From Pavona decussata (lineage: Eukaryota): 64,000 nucleotides of DNA. Each line of letters begins with the position of its first letter. The first letter of the stretch is position 1. The stretch covers positions 2,356,001-2,420,000 of the forward strand of contig CDRNST010000118.1 of NCBI GenBank assembly GCA_977016875.1, given 5' to 3'. Positions 26,234 to 37,290 of this stretch are shown piece after piece. A program made the position numbers and the translations under genes. The notes beneath the pieces were generated by a model. It had not been told where the DNA came from and ran no database searches. It saw only the letters and a program-made list of their open reading frames with translations.

Positions 26234-27184
26234 TTAACTTGATGGACAAAATAGTTTTCTGATTGTGTCCTTCGCTGCTTGTCTGACTTCTGTGATCTTC
26301 CAGCAGTAAAGAAATGGGTTTAATGACGAGTTGAAATAAACTAAAGTTAAAGTAAATGAGTATGCAAGAAAAGTAGTTGAAGACAGTTGACCTCGTGCTG
26401 CTCCCTGAATTACCAACGGCCCCACTAAAGTAGCTGGTAAATAACAAAGAACTAATGTTAACTGCAACCACAGTGCAGTGAACACTGTCTTTCTGTATCG
26501 CGCAATGTTTTGTGGAATTGTTTGGTTTGGTTGTCCTTGAACATTGTCTTGAACTTGACTTTGATGATGACGCAGCCTAAGAAAAATCCTTGTGTAACAG
26601 TAAATCGAGGTAACTAGACACAGTAGTGCAATTGTGTAGATATACCATAATGATATTAATTCATTCCAAAGGTACGCTATGGAACCCAGAAAGGAAAAAA
26701 CCCAAAAGGCAATCACAGCTACATATGTTCGCTTTAAAGTTACAACTTGTCTGTATCTGAGCCCTAACAACAGGGCGAGAAGTCTGTCCACACCTATGGC
26801 CGACAATGTCAACAAAGACACTATACCAAAAATACACCCCGTTATAAATACTACAGGAAATGTAAAGCGACAAATATTCCATCGTTCGTTCACCATAGAC
26901 ATCCAGAAGGTAACACGAATCGGTTCCACAATGATACCAACACAGAGATCCGTTATCGCTAGGCTGCAAAACAACAGTTTGGAGGGCGGATGAAGCGACC
27001 TGTCCTTGTGAAGGGCGACAAGGATCAGAGTATTTCCCAGAAATGCAGTAATGGAAAGAAAAATGTTTAACACTGAAAGGATTATTAGCTGGTTGTGTAC
27101 ACCTCTGGTTAATTCTGCCGAGCAGTGCAGTTCTTCGTATGATTTGCGGATTGCGTCTCCAGTAAAGTTTTTCATCGCCGCCAT
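26234..27184 (-). CDS. Intronless class A 7TM GPCR, array member 4 (316 aa from MAAMKN; positional duplicate of member 1)
   Basis: Intact ORF with the same motifs; flanks match member 1. Confidence 0.93.
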   Translation of the reverse strand: MAAMKNFTGDAIRKSYEELHCSAELTRGVHNQLIILSVLNIFLSITAFLGNTLILVALHKDRSLHPPSKLLFCSLAITDLCVGIIVEPIRVTFWMSMVNERWNICRFTFPVVFITGCIFGIVSLLTLSAIGVDRLLALLLGLRYRQVVTLKRTYVAVIAFWVFSFLGSIAYLWNELISLWYIYTIALLCLVTSIYCYTRIFLRLRHHQSQVQDNVQGQPNQTIPQNIARYRKTVFTALWLQLTLVLCYLPATLVGPLVIQGAARGQLSSTTFLAYSFTLTLVYFNSSLNPFLYCWKITEVRQAAKDTIRKLFCPSS

Positions 27185-29471
27185 GTTACTGCAGTGTGAG
27201 CTGGTTTCTGAGCAATTCAGTTTTATTGCTCCTTTATACATTAAACATTGACGACAAAATGTCTTTGCTAAACCAAACTCATTTCAAATTAACTCAGCAC
27301 GTTTATTGAAACATTGGCGACAAAATGTCTTCGCTATACCAGACTCATTTCCAATTAACTCAGCACATTTATTATGCCTCTTTGATTGTCAGATCACTAC
27401 CATGCAGATGTTCACTTTAAGTAAGTCGAAATTGAAAATTGCCTACTACATTGTCCTTAATAATTTGGAAGCTGAAATGCCGTAAAAGTTTAAGTATGAG
27501 CTCTTGACTTCAGTTCGTTCATTGGTCTTTTTAGTGACTTATTTTCGGAGATCGCTTGTTTTAGGAGGCCGCTCATTGTAACTAGAGAGAATTATGCGAG
27601 CGGTTCAGAACAAAAAAACTTAAAACCCCATGAAATAATCATGATATTTACAGCTTAAAACACTAACATTAGCAGTCTAAAAGCTTATATTCATGAGGGA
27701 TAATAATAGGTGGAATATATTTCTCCCAAATTTTAGGAGATTCTATTTTGGTAGGCTTATTTTCTCAGGGGCATATGTTTGAAATCAGTTTTACTGTGAT
27801 ATCGGGATATGTCGCATCCGTATTGTATTTGAAGACGAAGACAACACCTTTTAATTCCAGAAAAACTTTCATCGCTTATGTAAATTAATCTTTAAGGATG
27901 GCTTTCATAGATCTTAGTATGTTTCTCGTTTAATTTCCTTGTCGTTACTTGATATGGCGAGAAACAATTAATTGGTTAACTTAATCCTGAAAAGTTGATT
28001 TCAAACTAATGGATTTTATAGGCTCTTTTTGTTGTGATCATTTCACAATATTTTAATTGATCAGCAGATATTACCAAGTATAGCAAATTAAAACAACTTT
28101 TTCAAATAAAACTGAAGAAGCCCAAATAAAAGTCAGATAGGAACTAATGAAACTCCACTTTCGGCTCAAACAAATTGTCACGCGGCAGTTTGCAGGAGAA
28201 TTAAAAGTAAAAGATTCCTGTTATGTTAAACCCTCGCCTTCAAGAACAGTAGTATTAAAACGTATTTCACACTAGTCTCTGAACATGAATACCTTCTATT
28301 TTCTGTTTGCTATTCTCACTGTCTAAATAAGCACGAAACTAGCCTGCGCTCTACGCGGTAATTTAAAGTCAATGCCACCCGTGTTTCGTGGGACTTTATC
28401 TCGCTATTTAAACAAACCATTCCTGCTCTTTAGTCCTTCTCACCAAATTACGCCGTTCTTGGATATTAGAATGTTTTTTTTTTCTTTTTATCCACCCACC
28501 TCCCCTTCGGCGACGCGTCTTACTTTTCCTTTCTCTGTCCTACGATCCTCTATCTTTGCAAAATCTCACCTCCCATATCTTAATTAAGCAAAGGCAATGA
28601 GTCATGTAATGACAGCCCGTGAAAATGGTTTACTAATTTTTGCGATCGTTTACTGTAGGATGAAGTAGTTAATCTCACTTTGCATGATTTTGGAAATATA
28701 CTCACTTGATTAAGTTGTTTTTGGTTGAGACATTTTGGCTCCGTTTTTTGAAACACCTTTATGAATTAGCTTTAGAGGAAATAGGTTCGCGAAATGGCTT
28801 GTCGCATGACATTTGGAATGGCATAATAATGCGAAATGCGGAATGACTTATACAAATAAATTGACTGAAGAGCGCATCCTGTTTTCCCGCCAATTTTATA
28901 AGAGCAGCAGCTTTTTTGATGTTGCGTACTTTATACGATGCTAATTATCATTTCAATCTGCAGGATATTTTTGTCAGGTAGTAAAAATCTTTGTTATGCA
29001 TTTACAATTGGAAAAGACGTATATTCACCTAAAGAAAAGATGCAACCCACTTAGATTTTCTATGACTTTCTATGACATCCACTTTTCCATTTTAAAATTT
29101 TCTATGTTTAAAACATGTTAAAAGCAATCAAGTAATGTGTGCCAGCATAAATTCAGGATCACCTAGCGGTTGAATGAGAAGTTTGACTCAATTTGTTCAG
29201 GAAATCTGGAGTTTTCTTCGGCAAAATATCAGCTCAGAATTTCCATATACTGGAAAATTAATTTCGTTCGTTCTAAAGCCGGAGGCAAATCTGTCATCAT
29301 AGTACGCAGAAAATTTACCTAGTAATTTCGTAAAGCTAATAACAGCTCGTAAATATTAATTCTGGAAATAATATTGTTCTATTGCATAAAAGAACTTTCT
29401 GCAAGTTAAATTTTAAATTTCAGCAACTGAACAGATCAGACTATGATAGCTTACGCAAATAAATAAATAAA

Positions 29472-29794
29472 ACAGGACGAAATGCCATGAATCCGCAAAC
29501 TGAAACGTTGAGGAAACGCGTGACAACGTCGCGGAAACACAAAGGGTAGCGTAAATCTAAAGTAAATCCGTTGACAGAAACGTAACGCAAACAGACAACG
29601 ACGGAAATCTAACAAAATAAATGTAACGGAAACATGATACAACGTTTCCGTTCAGGAAACATGACGGAAACGTGACACATACCTAATGAATGAGTTGTGT
29701 ACGTTTCTGCAACACGGAAACGTGACGTAAATCAGCATTTTCATGTTACCGTCATGGAGTTTAAGAAATACGGAAACTTGAATTTTCGTCCTGT
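29472..29794. mobile_element. Putative MITE, duplicate of 8849-9169
   Basis: acaggacgaaa ... ttttcgtcctgt. Confidence 0.5.
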
Positions 29795-30915
29795 GTCAGG
29801 GACTGATGTTTGTAATTTTATGGTGATACCAAGATATAAAGGGGAGGCAAAAAATTTGAATTATAGGAAAACATAGACCTGTTTACAAGCAAATTAATCT
29901 TCAAAGATGGTTTTGGTAGATCTTCATACATTTCTGTTTATATTGCTAGTCATAACTTGTCATGGCGACAAACATTCTATTTGTCAACTTTTAATGCTAA
30001 AAAAACTGACTTCAAGCTAATAAAAAGTCTTTCAAAACAACACTTTGCTCATCATGACCAAGTCTTCGTAACTGAGGGGGGAGATCCAATTTCCAGTTTA
30101 TCCAAAAACCTTTTATTTTCAAGCATACAGAAACTTGTTTGTAGAAGGGAAACATAGAAAAATTGAACCTCTGTTGTTTGTTACTGCATTGCGATATAAA
30201 CATAAAATTCAGAGTATAACCACCCCACCCTTCCTCGCCAAAAAATATCAAACTGTAAAATCCTTCCGATAATAAACCCATGCATGTACTGTCAATTTCT
30301 AGGTTTTAAGCTGTTGACTTAGTGTTCCAATATATCACTACCACGAAGCTGTTCAGTTTCAGGAAGTCCACGTTAAAATTTTCCTGACACGTTCTCATTA
30401 ATAACTTTGAAGCTCTGAACCTTTCCCGTTTTGCGAGTTTGTGGGCGTATTTCTCCAACCAATAAAACGGCAATTATTACAAAGAAACAAATGCTTTCGT
30501 GGCCTGTGGCTTAGCAGTTTTCGATCATTTTCAACTGACTTTCTTACGGTTTTAACTTTACGGTGACTCGGTGTGTAAAGATGACTTCTCTTAAACAAAC
30601 TTTGAGACTGTTTACAATTTAGGCTGGCACGTAGGTTTACAACACTTCAGCATTTGAACAAAACGGTGAATAGAAAATAATGCAACACAGTCGAGGCGGG
30701 TTGCATTTATTACATGAATCAAGGTCTTTTGCACCTGTATATGTGCAACAAGGATTTATATTTAAAAAAATACAACTACAGAGTAAAAGTATGTTTAGCT
30801 GAATAACATTTTATTGTAAATTATCCTGTACAAAGTGTTAACCTGGGAATGAACAGCCACTTAGATACCGCTTTAAACTAAACTACCGATACCTGCACAA
30901 AACATTTTGTAACTC

Positions 30916-31860
30916 TTAACTTGATGAACAAAATAGTTTTCTGATTGTGTCCTTCGCTGCTTGTCTGACATCTGTGATCTTCCAGCAGTAAAGAATTGGG
31001 TTTAATGACGAGTTGAAATAAATTAATGTTGAAGTAAAATGCAACGCTAGAAATTTAGCTGGAGACAGTTCACCTCGTGCTGGTCCTTGTATTACCAACG
31101 GCGCCACTAAAGTAAATGGTAAATAACAAACAACTAATGTTAACTGCACCCACAGTGCAGCAGACACTGTCTTTCTGTATCGTGCAATGTTCTGTGGAAT
31201 TGTTTGGTTTGGTTGCCCTTGAACATTGTCTTGAACTTGAGTTTGATGATGACGCAGCCTGAGAAAAATCCTTGTGTAACAGTAAATCGAGGTAACTAGA
31301 CACAGTAGTACAATTGTGTAGATATAGTATAATGATACGAATTCACTCCAAAGAGACACTATGGAACCCACAAAGGAGAAAACCCAAAAAGAGATCACAA
31401 GTACATATGCTCGCTTTAAAGTTACAACTTGTCTGTATCTGAGCCCTAACAACAGGGCGAGAAGTCTGTCCACACTTATGGCAGACAATGTCAACAAAGA
31501 CACTAAACAAAAAATATACCACGCTATAACTACTGCGGTAAATGTAAAGCGACAAATACTCCATCGTCCATTCACCATAGACAACCAGAGACCAACTTGA
31601 AAAGGCTCAACAATGATACCAACACAGAGATCCGTTATCGCCAGGCTGCGAAACAACAGTTTGGAGGGCGGATGAAGCGACCTCTCTTTGTGAAGGCTGA
31701 CAAGGATCAGAGTATTTCCCAGAAATGCAGTAATGGAAAGAAAAATGTTTAACACCGAAAGGATAATCAGCTGGTTGTGTATACCTCCAGTTAATTCTGC
31801 CGTGCAGTAAATATTGTATAATTTATGATTTCCGTCTCCAGTAAAGTTTTTCATCGCCAT
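30916..31860 (-). CDS. Intronless class A 7TM GPCR, array member 5 (314 aa)
   Basis: Intact ORF with GN, LAITD, DRL, CYLP and NPILY motifs. Confidence 0.93.
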   Translation of the reverse strand: MAMKNFTGDGNHKLYNIYCTAELTGGIHNQLIILSVLNIFLSITAFLGNTLILVSLHKERSLHPPSKLLFRSLAITDLCVGIIVEPFQVGLWLSMVNGRWSICRFTFTAVVIAWYIFCLVSLLTLSAISVDRLLALLLGLRYRQVVTLKRAYVLVISFWVFSFVGSIVSLWSEFVSLYYIYTIVLLCLVTSIYCYTRIFLRLRHHQTQVQDNVQGQPNQTIPQNIARYRKTVSAALWVQLTLVVCYLPFTLVAPLVIQGPARGELSPAKFLALHFTSTLIYFNSSLNPILYCWKITDVRQAAKDTIRKLFCSSS

Positions 31861-32199
31861 GTTACTGCAGTGTGAGCTAGTTTCTGAGCGATTCAGTTTT
31901 ATTCAGCTCCTTTATATATAAAGTATTGACGGCAAAATGTCTTTGCTATACCAAACACATTTCAAATTAACTTTGCACATTTATTATGCCTCTTTGATCG
32001 TCAGATCACTATTATGCAGATGTTCACTTTAAGTAAGTCGAAATTTAAAATTTCCTACCACATTCTCCGTAATAACTTATAGAAGTTGAAATGCCGTAAA
32101 ATTTTAAAGATGAGCCTTTGGCTTATAACTTTGTCCATTGGTCTTTTTAGTGACTTGTTTTCGGAAAGCGCTTGTTTTAGGAGGCCGCTCATTGTTATT

Positions 32200-35100
32200 A
32201 GAGAGAATTGTGCAGCGTGAGCTTGAGAAGAAACAAAACTTAAATCCCCTTGAAATAATCATGATATTTACGGCTTAAAACAGCTAACATTAAAAGTCTA
32301 TAAGCTAATATTCATGAGGGATAATTATCGGAGAAATATATTCCGGACAAATTTGAGGAGATTCTCTTTTTGTGGGCTTATTTTCTCAGCGACGTATGTT
32401 TGTAATTTTACGGTGATACCAAGATAGAAATGTTGTATACTTATTAGGAGAGGGAGGCAAAAGATTTGAATTCTCGAAAAACATTGTCCTGTTTACAACC
32501 AATTAATATTCAAAGATGGTTCTTGGTAGATCTTCATATTTTCAAGCTTGCAAAAACGTGTTAGTTGGAGGGAAACATAGAAAAATAAACCTCTGTTGCT
32601 CGTTACTGGTTTGCGATATAACATAAAATTCAGAGTATAACCACCCCACCCCTCCTCGCCGAAAAATATCACACCGTAAAATCCTCCCGATAATAAACCC
32701 GTGAACTGTCGAGGTTGGATATTTTAAGCTGTTAACTTAGTGTTTCTGTGTATCACAACCACACAGCTGTTCAGTTAGAGGAAGTCGATGTTAAAAACTT
32801 TCTGCCACGTTCTCATTAATAACTTTGAAGCTGGCATGCCGTTAACTTCAATTGTTTTGATAGCTCTTCATATGTGTCTGTTTATATAATAGCCATACCT
32901 TGTCACGGCGACTAACGGTTTATTGATCAACTTTTAATGCTCAAAAATAAATTGATCTCAAGCTGATACAAAGTCTTTCAAAACAACACTTTGTTCATCA
33001 TGACCAAGTCTTCATACCTGAGGGGAAAGATCCAATTTCCAGTTTATCCAATAACCTTTCATTTACAAGCCTACAGAAACGTGTTCGTTGGAGGGAAACA
33101 GAGAAAAAAATGAACATCTGTTTCCGTTCCTGGTTTGCGATACAACATAAAATTCAGAATATAACAACCCCACCCCTCCTCGCTAAAAAATGTCACACTG
33201 TAAAATCCTTCCGATAATAAACCCGTGGACTGCTAAGGTTCAAGGTTTTAAGCTGTTAGCTTAGTGTTTCCATATGTCACTACCACGCAGCTGTTCAGTT
33301 TAAGGAAATCCATGTTACAAAATTCCCTGCCACGTTCTCATTAATAACCTTGAACCTGGCATGCCGTAAACTTCTAAGTAGGAGCCCTACGGCTTAAATT
33401 CGTTCAATACTCTTTTTGCGGCTCACTTTCGGGGAGGGTTTGTTTCAGGAAACGGATATTGGAGGCAATTATCCGTGGGCTTGAGAATAAACACAACTTC
33501 AAACCGCTTGGAATAATCATGATGCAGCAGTCTGTAAGCTGATATTCACGAGCGATAATTATCGAAGAAATATATGGCCCAAAAATTTGAGGAGATTCTC
33601 TTTTAGTGGGCTTATTTTCTCAGGTACTTATGTTTGGAATTGTACGGTGATATCAAGAAATGAATGTTGTATACTTATGGGGAGGGGAGGAGAAAAGATT
33701 TGAATTGTCGAACAACAATCACCTGTTTATAAGCAAATTATTCTTTAAAGATGGTTTTGATACCTCTTCATATGTTTCTGTTTATATTGGTAGCCGGTTT
33801 ATCGGTCAACTTTTAATGCTCAAAAAATAAATTGTTTTCAAGCAAATAAAAAGGCTTTCAAAACAACACTTTGTCCATCATGACCAAGTCTTCATAACTG
33901 AGGGGGAAGATCCGATTTCCAGTTTATCCAATAACCTTTCATTTTCAAGCCTACAGAAACGTATTTTTTGGAGGGAAAAATAAAAAAAATGAACCTTTGT
34001 TGTTCGTTCCTGGTTTGCGATATAACATAAAATTCAGAATATAACCACCCCACCCCTCCTCGCTAAAAAATATCACACTTTACAATCCTTCCGATAATAA
34101 ACCCGTGGCCTGTCAAAGTCGTAGGTTCTAAGCTGCTAACTTAGTGTTTCCATATATCACTACCACGCAGCTGTTCAGTTTAAGGAAGTCCAAGTTAAAA
34201 ACTTCCTGCCACATTCTCATTAACAAACGTTGAAGCTGGTATGCCGTAAGTATGATCCCTACACTTAAATTCGTTCAATAGTCTTTTAGCGGCTCATTTT
34301 TTGGGGAGGGTTTGTTTCAGGCAAGGGATATTGGAGGCAACTATGCGTGGGCTTGAGAATAAACACAACTTAAAACCGCTTGAAATGATCTTGATGTTTA
34401 CAGCTTAAAACAGCTTCCATCAGCAGTCTATAAGCTAATATTTATGAGGGATAATTATCGAAGAAATATATGGCCCAAAAATTCATTTCAAGCCTGCAGA
34501 AACGTGTTCGTTGGCGAAAAACAGAAAAAATGAAAGTCTGTTGTTCGTTACTGGTTTTCGATATAACATTAAATTCAGAGTAAAACCACCCCACCCTTCT
34601 TGGCTAAAAAATATCACACCGTAAAATCCTTCCCATAATAAACCCATGTGCTGTCAAGGTTCTAGGTTTTAAGCTGTTAGCTTAGTGTTTCCATATATCA
34701 CTACCACGGAGCTGTTCAGTTTAAGGAAGTCCATGTTAAAAATTCCCTGCCACGTTCTCATTAATAACTTTGAAGCTGGCATGCCGTAAACTTCTAAGTA
34801 GGAGCCCTACAGTTAAATCGTTCAATAGGTTTTTTAGCGGTGTATTTTCGAGGAGGGTTTTTTTCAGGAAACGGATATTGGAGGCAATTATGCGTGGCCT
34901 TGAGAATAAACACAATGTGACACCGCTTGAAATAATCATGATGTTTACAGCTTAAAACAGTTTCCATCAGCAGTCTATAAGCTAATATTAACGAGGGATA
35001 ATTATCGAAGAAACGTATGGCCCAGAAATTTGAGGAGATTCTCTTTTGGTGGGCTGATTTTCTCATGGACTTTTTGCTTTGAATTGTACGATGATATCAA

Positions 35101-35975
35101 AAAATGAATGTTGTATTCTTATGGGGAGGGGAAGAGAAAAGATTTGAATTCTACTAACTGAACATTTACCTGTTTACAAGCAAATTAAACTTGGATAGAT
35201 CTTCATATATTTCTGTTTACATTGCTAGTCATAACCTGTCACAGCGACAAACGGTTATTGGTCAACTTTTAATGCTAAAAAAATTGATTTCAAGCTAATA
35301 AAAGGTCTTTCGAAACAACAGTTTGTTCATCGTGACCAAGTCTTCATAATTGAGGGAGAAGTTCCAATTTCAAGCTGTTTACTTAGTGTTTTCATATATC
35401 ACTACCACGCAGTTGTTCAGTTTAAGGAAGTCCATCGGTTAAAAAGTTCCTGCCACGTTCTCATTAATAACTTCGAAGTTGGCATTGCGTAACATTCTAA
35501 GTATGATCCCTACGCTTAAATTCGTTCAATAGTCTTTTAGCGGCTCATTTTTGGGGAGGGTTTGTTTCAGGAAACGGATATTGGAGGCAATTATGCGTGG
35601 GCTTGAGAATAAACACAACTTAAAACCGCTTGAAATGATCATGATGTTTACAGCTTAAAAAAGCTTCCATCAGCAGTCTATAAGCTAATATTCATGAGGG
35701 AGAATTATCGAAGAAATATGTGGCCCAAAAATTTGAGGAGGTTCTTGATCTCCTTTAGTGGGCTTATTTTCTCAGGGACTTATGTTTGGAATTGTACGGT
35801 GATATCATGATATGAATGTTGTAAACTTATGGGGAGGAGAAGCGAAAAGATTTGAATTCTCGAACAACAATCACCTGTTTATAAGCAAAGACGGTTTTGA
35901 TAGATCTTCATATGTTTCTGTTTATATTGCTAATCATAGCATGTCACAGCGACAAACGGTTATTGGTCAACTTTT
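32200..35975. repeat. Degenerate tandem array of ~0.4-0.9 kb intergenic modules
   Basis: Motif aacataaaattcagartataaccaccccacccctcctcgc at ~32620, 33144, 34024 and 34564. Motif aaacacaacttaaaaccgcttgaaat...cagcagtctataagctaata at ~33490, 34361, 34908 and 35611. The same modules occur at 12.4-13.9 kb and 30.0-30.4 kb. Confidence 0.85.
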
Positions 35976-36554
35976 CCACAAATATATGGTCAGTAGTACA
36001 AGTCAAAAAATCAATTTCGTTCATATTTTGCTCATAGGTAGTCCCTAGTGAGAAACAAACTGAGCTGTAGTTAGTTTTTCAAAATACCGCTTCCTTTCGA
36101 GTAAATATGCGAAAAACAATTTTGTCTCAGTTGAGCTCAAAGTCCGCTTTCGGCGGGATGGAATTTTCCTTAACTTTCGACGGCTCGCGTATTAATCCGC
36201 AGACTGTTACTAACCTTCAAATGACATTTATTGCTTTATTAGGTCTTCCTCTTCTGTTTCACGGGAAAACATTTAAAACCTAAGTTACTTTTACGTCCGA
36301 AATAGGTTTAGAAGAACATGCTATAAATGCAAATTTTCAGCAACAACATTTAAGCACTAAAACATTGTCCATTTTGCCCATGGGCGATAACTTAGATTTC
36401 CCTATAATTACTTTCTAAGGCTTTACTATATACCTATTTATCATAACATAAAAACAAAGCTCTGGGTAAATGACCCGCTAGGCTTCAGATTATCATAATT
36501 TTCTTGAGATTTGGCAATCGAAGCGCAAAAAAGATGGCGAAACAAACAAACAGC

Positions 36555-37290
36555 TGAATATTAACTGCAGCCATAATGCAACGGACACTGTCTTTCTGTA
36601 TCGCGCAATATTCTGTGGAATTGTTTGGTTTGGTTGTCCTTGAACATTGTCTTGAACTTGACTTTGATGATGACGCAGCCTGAGAAAAATCCTTGTGTAA
36701 CAGTAAATCGAGGTAACTAGACACAGTGGTATAATTGTGGAGTTATAGTATGTTGATATTATTTCATTCCAAAGACACGTGTACGGCTATGGCACTCACA
36801 AGGGAGAAAACCCAAAAAACAACCACAGCTACATATGTTCGCTTTAAAGTTACAACTTGTCTGAATCTGAGTCTCAAAACAGGGCGAGAAGTCTGTCCAC
36901 ACTTATGGCAGACAATGTCAACAGAGACACTAAACAAAAAAAATACCCCGTTATAACTACTTGAGCAAATGTAAAGCGGCAAATATTCCATTTTTCGTTC
37001 ACCATAGACATCCAGAGGGTAACGTTTAAAGGGTCCACAATGATGCCAACACAGAGATCCGTTGTTGCCAGGCTGCAAAACAACAGTTTGGAGGGCGGAT
37101 GAAGCGACCTGTCCTTGTGAAGGGCGATAAGAATCAGAGTATTTCCCAGAAATGCAGTAATGGAAAGAAAATTGTTTAACACTGAAAGGATTATCAGCTG
37201 GTTATGTATACCTCCAGTTAATTCGGCCGTGCAGTACAGTTCTTAGTATGATATATGGATTCTGTCTCAGGTAAAATTTTTCCTCGTCAT
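36555..37290 (-). pseudogene. GPCR pseudogene
   Basis: ATG at 37290, TGA at codon 8, TAA at 37243-37245 (GAA/GAG in paralogs), a 1-nt deletion near 36878 after DRLLAL, and truncation in TM6 at ~36555. Confidence 0.92.

Larger units (their letters stand above)
17145..29800. repeat. Segmental duplication copy B
   Basis: 17145-24075 is colinear with ~37065-46890 (minus the RTE insertion). 20488-29800 is colinear with 1-9200. Confidence 0.93.
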
